Origin: Podarcis bocagei
Lineage: Eukaryota
Assembly (NCBI GenBank): GCA_964188305.1
Contig: OZ076888.1
Reading direction: 5' to 3' (one strand)
Length of the DNA stretch: 64,000 nt
Position numbers and translations under genes: made by a program. This document shows, one piece after another, positions 26,598 to 38,817 of this stretch; positions within the stretch are counted from its first letter, which is position 1, and each line of letters begins with the position of its first letter. The notes below the pieces were generated by a model. The model saw only the letters and a program-made list of their open reading frames with translations. It was not told where the DNA came from and searched no databases.

Positions 26598-26669
26598 CTT
26601 TCTCGCCCTTTTCACCCCTTGGTCCTCTTGGGCCTTGGCGGCCAGGGGGGCCCATTGGTCCTATGTCAC
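26598..26669 (-). CDS. COL17A1: COL17A1 exon (72 nt)
   Basis: GDIGPMGPPGRQGPRGPRGEKGEK; AG/GT sites. Confidence 0.93.
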
Positions 26670-27340
26670 CTAGCAGAGGGAAGAGAAATGATATTTTACT
26701 CGATTGAGATTGCTACTCATTTAAAATAATTCAGCTACAACACAGGCCCACTTCTTGAAGAGTGCATCTTCCAAAGCTGACCCCATGCGTTATCCCATCA
26801 TGCTGCAATCTGATAAGTATGCCATAGAGAACGATGAAGCATATTTCTCAGATCAAACACAACATGGCCAGATAATGCAAGTCTCTTGTTTGTGCAGTTG
26901 GGCTAGTCCATGAGGATAATTTATCTACAGAACATGTGCTCATTCACTCAGGGGTGCTGAACATCTATGGCACATGCTACTACTCAGAAATTAAGGTGAA
27001 ATGCACACATTTTCAAATAGCATTTTACAGAGAGAATCTAACTATCCAGATACAGAAAACAATATGGTTACAGCCAGATAATCATCCATTGTGGCAACAG
27101 TTGGGCTTTGTCTGAATACTCGGTAGACCAAGCCCATAATATCCATCTTATAATGAAATGGAAGAAGTGAAACAAAGTGTTTTTTAAAAAAAGAATTCCT
27201 GTATATGTAAACTGAATCAGAAAAATGTGTGTGGTTTAAAATGGTGTTCCTCCCACATTTTCTTTCTTCAGCAAACAACCTTTATAAGTGACACATTAGT
27301 GACCATGTTGTGGAAGTGTTCAGAAAACAGCAATCTAGAT

Positions 27341-27948
27341 CAGTGTTTTTCAACCACTAGTGTGCCGCGAGATGTTGCCTGGTGTGCCGTGGGAAAAATT
27401 GAAAAATTCGAAAGATTTTTTTAAAAAATAATGTCACATTTTCGCCCACTAGGCGGGCGCCGGACTGTGTCCACCCTATTTTCCATCCGTCCTGGGTGGG
27501 GATCAGATTGGATGGGATCGGATGAGAGCAGACAGGCGGTCCGCTCTCATCTGATTCCCCATAGAGAGCAGCGGGGCTCTGACATCTCCCTCTCCGCACA
27601 CAGTGCGGAGAAGGAGCTGTCATCCGCCGGCTCAGTGGGGATCAGCGGATCGATCCCCGCTGAGCAGAGAACAGTCCGCAACGTTTTTGTTTGCCATTAA
27701 AGAAAAAAATATTAAACCATGCTTGAATGTCGGAACTGGTTACTAAAATTTTTGAATCCCACCACTGATGTTAAGTGTTTGTGTTTATTTGATTTGTGTT
27801 TATTTGATTCCTATTCAAGAGAATTACTTTATATATAGTCAATATAGGCACAGAGTTAAATTTTTTAACATTTTCTAATGGTGGTGTGCCTCGTGATTTT
27901 TTTCATGAAACAAGTGTGCCTTTGCCCAAAAAAGGTTGAAAAACACTG
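27341..27948. mobile_element. Non-autonomous hAT (Charlie-group) transposon, 608 bp
   Basis: 15-bp TIR CAGTGTTTTTCAACC / GGTTGAAAAACACTG; perfect 8-bp TSD ATCTAGAT; subterminal GTGTGCC repeats. Confidence 0.9.
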
Positions 27949-28871
27949 ATCTAGATACATTAATGGGAACCTTAGTGATGTCAGCTGAATTCAATTATGT
28001 ATTCAGTTTTCTATCAAAGAATTATTTGTTTTCTGCAAGTTCGGATTAAAAATTTGTGTTTGTGAGAGAGATATTTTCTATTTCATACAAATGATAAGGT
28101 AAACTCTTGTTTACAAATGCTAGTTCTGAGATAAATTCATATCTAAGGTGTCACAGGACTTTGCCTTCTTTGTAGGAAAAGGGTTAAGTTTAATTCATAC
28201 AGCAATTAAAGGGTTAAAAACACCCTGTACTATTTTTACTTTGGGGACTTCCAAACGTGGGCTTAACATTGCAAATGGACAGCTGGAAACAATTTTTTTA
28301 AAAAAAAATCTTACCAGATTTTCCATGGAAAGGCTAAACCCAGATTAAGATATGGGGAAGGATAGATTCATATTTTTATGCCAACACAGTTGGTGCAAGG
28401 GGCAGACATACACTTAAAGCACATTCAATGCACATTTAAAGCACATGATTCCCAAAGAATCCTGGAAGCCGCAGTTTGCCAGACATCTTGAAATCATAGC
28501 TTTCTGGGGGCAAATTATAGTTCCCAGAATTCTTTGGTGTAAGCCTTGCAATTTAAATCTGCTTTAAATGTATGGTATGTATGCAGCCTGTGTCTTTAAC
28601 ATATCACAAGACTCTAAGCTGTTTCTGCAGCAACTTATTAACAATGCTACCACTTTGGAAAAAAATACTTAAGAGCTGAGCAGGCACACCTCTGTTAGGT
28701 AACAAGCATATCAGCATTTAAAAGTAGGAACTCCTGCCTGGGAACAGGCAGGTAGCCAGAATATGCAAACTTGTTCACAGGCAGGATTAAACAAAGGAAA
28801 TTCAGCATTCGCCCACACCAGCAGGACAGGGCTGCTTTGCAAGCTCCCAAAAAGGATTTTTGCTCTTAAGA

Positions 28872-29155
28872 TAGCCAGCTTCAAATATCTCAAGGGCTGC
28901 CACATAGAGGATGGTGCAAGCTTGTTTTCTCCTGTTCCAGAGGCCAGGACCCGAACCTTCAAGTTACAAGAAAGGAGATTCCGACTAAACATTAGGAAGA
29001 ACTTTCTGACAGTAAGAGCTGTTTGACAGTGGGACAGGTCTCCACAAGAGGTGGTGGACTCACCCTCTGAGACTTTTAAGCAGCTGTATGATCTAGCTGA
29101 GATTCCTGCTTTGCAGGGGGTTAACCTTTCCTAATTACAATTCTATGATTCTATG
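28872..29155 (+). mobile_element. CR1 LINE 3' fragment
   Basis: Encodes FKYLKGCH..GASLFS..KLQERRFRLNIRKNFLTVRAV; ends (ATTCTATG)2. Confidence 0.88.
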
Positions 29156-30098
29156 CCACCAGTGTCAGACTGGCCAAACTTTAACAGGCGTGAACAATAT
29201 ATGCCATGATCGTCACAACACTTGACTCAAGAATACACCTGGAACAAGTATCTTAAAGAAATTATGAAAGCAAAGAGGGTGGACAGAAATGATTAGACAA
29301 ACATAGTTGGGATGGTTTAATCAGCCAGAGCACAGCCTGCCTTAATGCAAATGTTTAGACCAGGTGACTGCTAAGACCCCATGCTGTCTAGGACCAAGAA
29401 ACAAACCTTGATCTTTCAGTTTCATGGGCAACTAAAGGTCACATTTTCCCCTTTATATTCAGGTGTATATGATATGATAACAGGGGGGAATAATAGAGTA
29501 CAGCCCATCACTATTTTATATACCTGGTTGTAGCACCAATGTGAAACAGACTTGATCCAAAAATAAACACTGTTTATAGTCACTGCAAGGCCCTAATACC
29601 ATTGGAGAAATGTGAGTTTCAAAGGATGGCTGTGTATTGTTTGGAAAAGTGTGAATTTAGTAGATTCGCTAGGCTGGAGCCCAAGTGAAGCCACTGAGAA
29701 GCAAAAGGGAGCTATTAGCCTGCTCAGGGGAACCCAAAGGCTTCTGGTAGTATGTACACACACACACACACACACACACCCCTCTCTCTAAGGATGCTCA
29801 GTAACTACAGAACACTGTGTGTCAGGAAAGAAAAACCGAAAATGGCAGACGGTGGTGGGATGGAGGATCTAGCTGGCTGGCTAGAACCTTGCACAGGAGC
29901 ACTGCTACTTGGGGGTGAGGATGCATGGCAACATTTGCGGCAGGCCCCACTTGCATCCTCTGAAACAGAAGTGCTCTATTGGGTTTCCTTTCAGTGTCTT
30001 CAAGAGGAGGAGACTACTTGTACAGGGGGAGGAGCCATCCGTCTCCCTGCCTCCCTCCTGGATTCTCAAGTTGGCAAGTGTGGCATCCAACTTCTTAC

Positions 30099-30161
30099 CT
30101 TTGGGTCCTGGGAATCCTATCTCTCCTTTCTGTCCAGGTGCACCTGGGATAGTTCCATAAG
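30099..30161 (-). CDS. COL17A1: COL17A1 exon (63 nt)
   Basis: YGTIPGAPGQKGEIGFPGPK; AG/GT sites. Confidence 0.93.
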
Positions 30162-30905
30162 CTGTAGAAAACAAACAACATCATGTTTGTGGATATCTGC
30201 TCTTAATTGTAAATATAAGAATGTCCATAATGAAAAGCTCTGTGCTTTTGGCCCATTTAACAAAGTAATTCAATACCACAAAGCCTGAAGGGTCCAGGTT
30301 ACAAAATCAAGGTAAGCCATATCTGAGAGACTGCCTCCTCTTCTAATGGGGCAGAAATGCAGGTTGTCACAAGGCTATATTCTACTACACACGTCTAGGG
30401 CCTCTTTATTGAGCATTCATCATGATTTGTACTCATCAAGTTGTTGCAGCAGTTACACACAATCACACTTTCAATACCATTTGTGCCTGCAAAAGTTTTG
30501 GCATGTCATACTGCTTCGTTTCCATGCAGTGCATGTCCCATAGCTTCCTGCTGAAACCCTGTAACTTTCTGTACCACAAACATTTCAAGAATATTATTAT
30601 TTTGTGGTTGCACTATATACGGCAAGAGTGCCCCTTGAAAAGGCACTAATGTATAACATTGAGGGATTATTGCAAAACAACCAGTATAGGGGAATGATGT
30701 GTAGACCGTCCAGTATGCATCCACCATTAACACGCTACTATTGCATCAATGACATGTTGCAGAATGCACCTGCTAAAAAAAAATCCACTAATCTGGAGTG
30801 GTCCCTAAACTACTCCCTACCCAGTAAAGCAGCAGCTGCAGTATTTCATTTCATTTAAAATCTCTGTATATCCTAAATTAAAATGACAACAGGGATGTGA
30901 CTTAC

Positions 30906-31046
30906 TTCTGAAGAATTCCATGAGGTCCGCAGTGATATTGCCATAGGATGCAAACACTTTGCTGATGCCTGGAATGCCAGGAGGCCCCGGAGGCCCAGGT
31001 GGTCCTTGCACAGCATAAGTCATCATGTCCTGCAGAAGCCCTCGGC
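30906..31046 (-). CDS. COL17A1: COL17A1 exon (141 nt)
   Basis: [46 protein letters not shown]. Confidence 0.94.
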
Positions 31047-31802
31047 CTGGGAAATTAGAACATAAATTTGAAATAGAGTATACGAAGGTTGACATGACCA
31101 ATTTCACCCCCTGGCTCTTCAAAATGCTTTGTGTCCAGCAGTGAAAATTCCATTCGATAAAGCAGGGGTAGGCAACCCCTAATTCTGATCAGTCCCAGTT
31201 AGCGTAGTCAATGAACAAAGATGATAGGAGTTGCAGTTCAGAACATCAGGAGGGCCACCGGTTCTATATCCTTGCTATGAAGTCAGAACTCAAGGAAGCA
31301 TCTCTTCCCACCCCCCACCCCCCGCCCTTTGAAGCCGTGGCATTTTTCTGTACTACTTTTAAAGCATCCTTAACACTCCAGAAAAAGACTCAGCCCATAG
31401 TTGAAGCATTGTACTTCAGCCTTCACCAACCTAGTACCCTCCAGATGTTTTGGCCTACAACTCACATCAGCCCTAGTGCTGGTGAAGGATTCTAATATGA
31501 GTTAGGAAACTGATTTAATGTTTTGATCCTCTGGGGAAACTTTTTGCACCAATTCTGCTGAGCACATATATGAAACTGTTTTGCTGTGATAATCCAAGAT
31601 CAAGCAGTCAAGGAAGGAACCTGCTCCTGGGATTTCCCTCAGAGGTACATACAGCACGTTTCAATTTAACATTTCTCATGTGTGCACTTTTAGGGTCATT
31701 TCAAAAAATAATGCCAAGTTTTTCCTTAGAATAGCTCATGGAATCTACACTACATATATTCAAAGGAGTGGAACACAACTTAATGGTCTAAGAATCACAT
31801 GT

Positions 31803-31805
<3 letters not shown>

Positions 31806-31847
<42 letters not shown>
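31806..31847. repeat. (CA)n microsatellite
   Basis: About 21 units; further (CA)n runs at ~29755-29779 and ~34195-34235. Confidence 0.9.
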
Positions 31848-31850
<3 letters not shown>

Positions 31851-31902
31851 AAACAGTCCACAGCACTTTAGATAGCATGGGGTAAAATATGGATATACTT
31901 AC

Positions 31903-32439
31903 TTTGTATGTTTTCTGACACTCTGGCTGCCAACTCATTGTAATCCAGTGCCCCAGCAAATGATCCACTATAGGATCCTCCTGCACCTGTAGACCTCATC
32001 TGTGATCCGCCTGCTCCAGTTGAACTACCGTAAGATCCACCCGCTGCAGCACCGTAAGATCCACCTGCTCCAATCGCTCCGCCATAAGAACCATCAGCTC
32101 CAAGAGATCCACCATAAGAGCCATCAGCTCCAAGAGATCCACCGTATGATCCACCAGCTCCAAGTGATCCACCAGCTCCAAGAGATCCATCAGCTCCAAG
32201 AGATCCACCAGCTCCAAGAGATCCACCATATGCTCCATTGCTTCCCAATGAGCTGCTGTATGATCCCCCTGTGGCAAGTGATGCATCATAGGATGTGGCA
32301 GAACTTACGGACCTACCATACGACCCATCTGAATTTAGAGACCTTCTGTAAGATTCAGCCATCAAGCTGCCATCTCCTCCTATACCAGGTGGTCCTGGAG
32401 GCCCGGGGGGGCCTCTGATGATGCCACGAATATCGTCAC
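31903..32439 (-). CDS. COL17A1: COL17A1 large Gly/Ser-rich exon (537 nt, NC4 region)
   Basis: [18 protein letters not shown]...(GGSLGA/GGSYG)n...LDYNELAARVSENIQ; AG/GT sites. Confidence 0.93.
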
Positions 32440-33322
32440 CTACAAAACACAGCAATGGGTATTAATGGAGCTGCACCAGTTATAATGGAATGTTCTACAG
32501 GGGTGCTGAAGCCAGCAAAGAGTGCTCAGGGACGGCATCCCAGAAGGTCACACAATACATCAGATCTTCTTCAAGGGAGCTCTGATGCTGAATCCTCCTC
32601 CCATCCCCACAACTTCCACAAACCCAGCCCTATCAGTTTTGGAACTCTTGACATCCCAAAACCAAAATGTGTTGGGACGGTTTGGGGGCATGCAGAGGGA
32701 GCAGTGGGATCTGAAGGATCTAGTGCCTTCCCAATTCCACCCATTATTCCTAACAGGAGTGGTTATCCACTGTCAGTTCCACCCACAGGCAAGAACCTGA
32801 TAGTATGTTGATGATATTGATGTAAGCCTCTTTAAGTTTACTGTAGCAGGATGCAATTTTAGTAATTTTAGTAAACTTGGCGCAGCATGGTGCCCCAAAG
32901 AGAACCTGTCTCTGGAAAGCTTTTCATTAAAGCGAGAGGATGCTACTTGAGACCGAGTTGATGGTTAGAGGTTATGCCCTACCAGCTAAGGTGCTATTTT
33001 TTAGACCTTCTGGTTACAGTAAAGGAAGCACAAATTAAAGAACAAGTCTCTTCCATAAATGATACATGTCAAAGATGACCAAACAGAAATAAATCTTAGG
33101 ATCCACCTTAAGACAAAACCATATTCAATACTTTTGATTTCTTGAGGGACTTTTCAGTCCAGGATAGCAGCTGTAGTAAGCATTTCTCAGCTGCTACAAA
33201 AGAGCTATGAGATCAGCCCTAGGCATAGTGCCAGGATGAGGCCCAGACTTGAAATTTCAAGAAGAGCAACAGCCGGTTATAGCAATCAAAATTGTGGAAG
33301 TGGTTTTGCGTGTGTGACTTAC

Positions 33323-33475
33323 TAGTAAGGTACTTAATCAAGTCACTTCTGAACTGGTCAGTCCAAAGATCATCACCATAGGAAACAAGGCCACTTCCTG
33401 ACAAGCCAGGTGGTCCTGGAGGGCCTGGTGGACCTGGTGGTCCGGGGGGTCCAGAGAGTGTGAAGTACCCCAAAC
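33323..33475 (-). CDS. COL17A1: COL17A1 exon (153 nt)
   Basis: [50 protein letters not shown]. Confidence 0.92.
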
Positions 33476-34048
33476 CTTGGAAGAAGAAGAAACTGGGTTA
33501 ATTATGTGCTTTTTAAGAAATTGCAAGCAGACCCTTTGCTTGAATTCTTTCTCCTATGTCATTCGCCGCCCCCCCCCCATTCTAACAGCACAATCATATG
33601 CACTTAGCCACCATTATGTTTAAAAACAACTTCATTGGCATGTCCAGATGGCATGCTATTTTATACCTTTGTAATTTTTGATTCAGTATCATTAATTTTT
33701 TGGCAGCAGGGTGGGGTGATGACACCCTTTTACCCTGTTAGCAAGGAAAGTCAAAGTATCACATAGCTTTCATTATAGGGAGCTACCAGCAGAATTTTAG
33801 ATCAGCTGATTGACCAATCATACTATTTTGTCACTAGCATCCTTTGCTAGTGATGACTAACACACCCAGATCTTAGAATATTAGGATTCACTGTATTGCT
33901 GCATATTGAACGTGGCTCAATTTTTCTCCCCCCCCCCCTTCTTTTTCCTTTACTCTGTCCTAGAAAGCCCAGCAACTCCCCACCCCCCACAAGAAATCCC
34001 AGACTCCTACATGGTACCCAAGCACAGAGTATGGCAAATCATATTTAC

Positions 34049-34150
34049 TTTGTAAGTAGGCGGAGATGTCCTCTGCAGTGATGGAGGAAAGTGCACTGCC
34101 TGGTGGGCCTGGTGGCCCAGGTGGCCCTACAAAGCGATCAAATTCTGAGT
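34049..34150 (-). CDS. COL17A1: COL17A1 exon (102 nt)
   Basis: [33 protein letters not shown]. Confidence 0.92.
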
Positions 34151-34192
34151 CTGAAAGAAGGAAGAATGTGAATAAGTATCTGAGGCATGATT

Positions 34193-34237
<45 letters not shown>

Positions 34238-34554
34238 TTCCCCCACTATGCAAGCAAATCCCCTCTGTCCCTACCCACATTGCCAGGACAGAATAGCTAA
34301 ACAAAAGGCAGAAGGACTTTTCTGTCCTACTCTGTTAGCTTGTATAACAAAGTGAGGATTAAGAGTGGCAGAATTAGCTATGTCTTGAGGAATAATTAGG
34401 ACTATGCACCTCACACTTGTAGTCTCTTTGCAAAAGAAATTATAAAGCACATACTACTTTTGGCAGTGATCTTACAGCTCATTTCTAGAATGTGTCCGTA
34501 GGAACATAAGAAGCTGCCTTATACAGAGTCAGACCATTGGTCCATATAGCTCAG

Positions 34555-34795
34555 TATTATTATTTATTAAATTTGTATACCACCCTTCATCAGAAGATCA
34601 CAGGACACTTCACAACATAAAAATACAAAATGAGAACACAAAACACATAATAAAACACACACACCTTTAACCCACAAATACCTTTTAAAGACAATAGAAT
34701 GTTCAATCAGCCAAAGGCCTGGTTATAGAGAAACATTTTTGCCTGATGCCTAAAGATACGTAATGAAGGCACCAGATGGGCCTCCTTGGGGAGAG
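34555..34795 (-). mobile_element. L2-type LINE 3' fragment
   Basis: Reverse-complement match to the tail of the 2980-3329 copy (TTATTAAATTTGTATACCACCCTTCATC...ACAAAATGAGAACAC). Confidence 0.55.
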
Positions 34796-35974
34796 TTTTC
34801 CGCAAGCGTATTATCTACAAAGATGGACAGCAGCTCTCCCGGGTTCCAGGCAAGGGATATTCCCAGATCTATCTGGAAATGCTGGGGATTGAACCTCAGA
34901 CCTTTGGCATGTATAGCATGTGCTCTGCTACTGAGCTACTTCCTCCATTACGCAATTTCAGCTGAAGTAGGAATACAACCACTCAATCTACCTCCTGGGT
35001 AGCAATCTACCTCCTGGGATTGAGGTGGAACCACACCTTTGCTTCACTGAACTAAATGGATACCTAGATGTCTCCACTGCATTTCAACTCTTTTTAAAAC
35101 CCAGAGATGAGCACAGAGGGGTAAATCCAAGTTGGGTGTCTATGAACCATTGGTCATTGTAGGGAAGCCTAAAATCCAATAGTTGTGAGTCCGTAAGATT
35201 TCCCAAGATGGCTTGATAGGATTGCAAGGCTTACTATAGTTCCAGTCACTACTGCAATTCATGATTGTGGTTCTGGCAAGATGCTCACATCCACACCGTG
35301 CATTTAAATCACATAACTTGCCTCAATGAATCCTGGGAACTGCAGTTTAACAACAACATAGTACCCTTAACCCACTATGGTGTGGCTCTTAGTGTGTTGA
35401 AGCAGTAAATGTGCTAAATACTGGATTATTGAAAGCATCTCTGTAAGATTTATTTTCAAAGCACTCCTATAGTATGTAGTGTTTTGTAGAGAAATGTTAG
35501 GGGGAAAATAATATTACAGTGCTTCACATCCTAAATTCCTGAAAATGTTCTCTGGGTCAACTCTTCAGTTTACTCTGAGAATTCTGTGAACTAACAGCCA
35601 CCAAAAAATGGATTATTCAGTGTAAATGGAAATCAGCAATAGTATATTCTTACTGACCACTACAGCATATCATCCAAACATAGTGGGACATGCCCTGATA
35701 GCCCTTGTAGCAAAAAGTGAGTACACATGAAGATATTGGGTGGTGGCAAATGGGTAAAGAATAAGCATCCTATAACTATAGGCCCCACCTGTGTGTGGCA
35801 TCCTAAGGGATTTCTATACCAAGGAGTGTGTAACCATACACACACAACATGTGGTTGCAAAATTTACGAAGGGGCCTGCAGCCAACAGGTAGTACCAAAA
35901 AGCCAATTTGCATCTCACAGTGCTGTTGGGGAAAATCACTTAGTGCAACATAATAGATATGCATATGACATTAC

Positions 35975-36112
35975 TTGTTATATAGCTGACAACCCGTCTT
36001 GTCAATTCATCATAGTCCAGGGACACAGATAAGCTGTCTCCTCCCAGTCCAGGGGGGCCAGGGGGTCCTGGGGGACCTTGGGGTCCAATGAAATACTGGC
36101 GAACATCCACTC
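35975..36112 (-). CDS. COL17A1: COL17A1 exon (138 nt)
   Basis: [45 protein letters not shown]. Confidence 0.92.
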
Positions 36113-36200
36113 CTATGAAAATAAAAGAAAATTAGTCCTGCTTTTCTGGTTTGTCCAGAGATGGAACAAAATTGACGAGCCATGAAAGCATGGTGCTTAC

Positions 36201-36326
36201 CAGACATGTAGCTCACGACACGGCGGGCCAGTTCAGTGTAGTCCAAGGATTCCTCACCAATGGCGGTAATCATTCCTGGTGGTCCTGGAGGACCAGGAGG
36301 TCCAACCAGATAGGATGCACTGTCAC
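36201..36326 (-). CDS. COL17A1: COL17A1 exon (126 nt)
   Basis: [41 protein letters not shown]. Confidence 0.92.
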
Positions 36327-36983
36327 CTAGTGAAGCAGAAGGGCAGAGTACAATCATTACTGGAGTGGATGGGTGTGGTGATTACATGGTTTTTGTGGTT
36401 CTCCTGCAGCTCCACCAGCATAACCCTACGAAATCATACACACTCTTGATTATTCTACATCACCCCTTGGCTGCTCCTACCATAGAATAATTTGTTATCT
36501 GCTCTCATACAAAGGTTTAAGTAGGGTACTTTGGGATCCAGAGTCCAAGCTTTTTAATATATTGGTCTGTATTATTTGTTTAGTGCTAAGGTTCTCTTAG
36601 TCCCTAGGGAGGAGCCATATACCTGGACCAGAGGTAGGAAACCCCTGCCTCTCCAGTTGTTGGACAACTTCCATGAACCCCTGCCTGTTAAGTACAATGG
36701 TTTAATTGACACTGAAATGAAAAGTACATATATGTATTCTGCTGAAGGTTTAACTGGAAAATTTCATTGGGGTATATTGAAACTTAAGTTTTGAATGGCA
36801 GGAGGCAGGAGGCATTCCAGCCCCTTTCTACCTGCAATCTGAAATGTCCACAATAAATCAGATATTAGATGATCAGAAGGCAAACAAGCTCCAGACTTTC
36901 CCCAAACCCCCAAAGGGGTCTGAACTGAGTGCTGTCAGATAGTGACATGATAGTATGACTCTAACAAAAGGTGTGTGACTTAC

Positions 36984-37106
36984 TTTGCAGGTACTCAGCG
37001 ATCATCAGCTGAATGTCTCGGGCCGAACTAATTCCACTGATTCCTAGGCCTGGAGGTCCAGGAGGACCTGGGGGACCTGGAAGACCCTGAGATGCTCTTG
37101 ATCCAG
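36984..37106 (-). CDS. COL17A1: COL17A1 exon (123 nt)
   Basis: [40 protein letters not shown]. Confidence 0.92.
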
Positions 37107-37504
37107 CTGCAGAAGTACAAAGGTTGATTTGTTTTTATTACTATGGAAGCAAGGCACAGCCTAAAAAGGCCATTGTACTTAAGTGCATTATACTGACACA
37201 TAGGATGAAACAGTACATTACAAAGCAACTGTGTGTGTTTCACAAGCCTGCATTTGCCACATGAGAGGAGAATGACAGGCCTCCTTAACCTGTCATGGCC
37301 CCAGACCAAGACTCCTCAGAGACCGAGTTCTTCAGCATCTCTGTGGCATGACTGGGATTTTCAGCCCTGCTCTGTGAGCTGAATTGCCTTATTTTATTTG
37401 CCCAGGAAGAAGACACAATACATTTCAGAAAGCTTTAACACTAGGGATGGCTATGATGGTTAAACTATATACAAAAGTGTACATTACTGATGCTGTCATC
37501 TTAC

Positions 37505-37546
37505 CTCCTCCAGGGATGCCTGGAGCTCCTGGTACACCTGCATCAC
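37505..37546 (-). CDS. COL17A1: COL17A1 exon (42 nt)
   Basis: GDAGVPGAPGIPGG; AG/GT sites. Confidence 0.9.
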
Positions 37547-38222
37547 CTAACAGGAAAACAAAGAAAAACATGTGTTCATTGACTCCATTCAGCAAGCCTG
37601 TGGACCTTTCTAATTGCACTCCTTCTAAGGATAAAAGTCCAAGTCACATTGGCGGGAAAGCTTTTTCAGAGCGAGGGCCACATTCCCATCAGGACAATTT
37701 TCTGGGGGCCACGTGCCAGTGGTGGGTAGGGTCAGAGGCAAAAGTGGGCAATCAGTGACTGCAAATGCTACCTTTGTACAGTAGGCTAGTTTTTACACCC
37801 TTCCACCCATCCATCTGTCCTCAATACAGGAAACCAAAAGGCATTGTCTGAGTTTAAGTATACATTCCAACCACTCAAGGGGATGAAGTAGGGCTGGTAA
37901 AGCATGGGGAGTGGAGGGTGGCCTGGAAAGAATCCTGGGGGCCACACAGAAAAGCCTACAGGGCCACACTTGGCCTCTAAGCCTGAGGTTCCCCACTCCT
38001 GGCTTAGGAGAACTGTAACAATTTATTTTGCCCTGTGGGAAGAGGTAAGAAAAGCAGCAAAAGAGCTTTCTCAAGAGGGTCACCCACAATGATTTACATT
38101 ACATCACAGCTGAGCACTTTTACAGCTAGGAGCAAGGCTCATCACAGCATGCCAGAAGCCACAGATTTTGCCTCTCACACAAAGTTCAAGATGCAAAAGG
38201 GTGCTCAGTGCTCTTCACAAAC

Positions 38223-38288
38223 CTTTCTCTCCTTTGGGCCCTGGTGGTCCTGGTAATCCAGGTGGTCCTTGGATGGCAACTCCAGCAC
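38223..38288 (-). CDS. COL17A1: COL17A1 exon (66 nt)
   Basis: GAGVAIQGPPGLPGPPGPKGEK. Confidence 0.9.
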
Positions 38289-38775
38289 CTGCAAACAGGA
38301 ATCAGGGAGATGGTGATGAGAAATCTGGAGAGGGGGTGGTGGAGAGAACAGGGGCTTCACATGTGACATTGTCCTGTTTAGAGCCTCCTTCATTACATGG
38401 TGCCCTCCAGATGTTCCGGCCTACCTACCATCCCTGATCATTGTGGCCCTGCTGGCTGGGGCTGACGGAATTGTAATCCAAAATGTATGGAGAGCACCAG
38501 GTTGGTGAAGGCTGATTGTCATGGACTGGCTGGATGCAGAGAAGTGGGGGGGGGGAGCAGCTGGGAAACCCCCAGGGAAGAAGGCTCAGAGCCAGGTGGT
38601 GGGATGACAATGAGTGGTCAGAGGGAGAAGAAGGAACAGACTAGGGGGAGGTGGTGTCAGAAGCTGAAGGGGAAACAGGGTTTAGTGATCAGGAAGAGGC
38701 TGTGGAAGAGGGCAGGTCAGACTCAGAGGCAGGAGAGGAAGGGGCTGATAAGAAAGAGAGTGCATTTAGACTCAC

Positions 38776-38817
38776 CTGACACAGAGGCTCCTGGTAGACC
38801 TGGCTGACCTGGTTCAC
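38776..38817 (-). CDS. COL17A1: COL17A1 exon (42 nt)
   Basis: GEPGQPGLPGASVS. Confidence 0.9.

Noticed and set aside
28400-28590. Imperfect palindromes here and at ~10670-10844 and ~41720-41970 as structured ncRNAs
   Set aside because: More simply explained as old decayed MITEs; boundaries and family cannot be supported from sequence alone
31996-32418. Repetitive ORFs (HQLQEI)n and (DLLEL)n
   Set aside because: Antisense and alternative frames of the COL17A1 18-nt coding repeat
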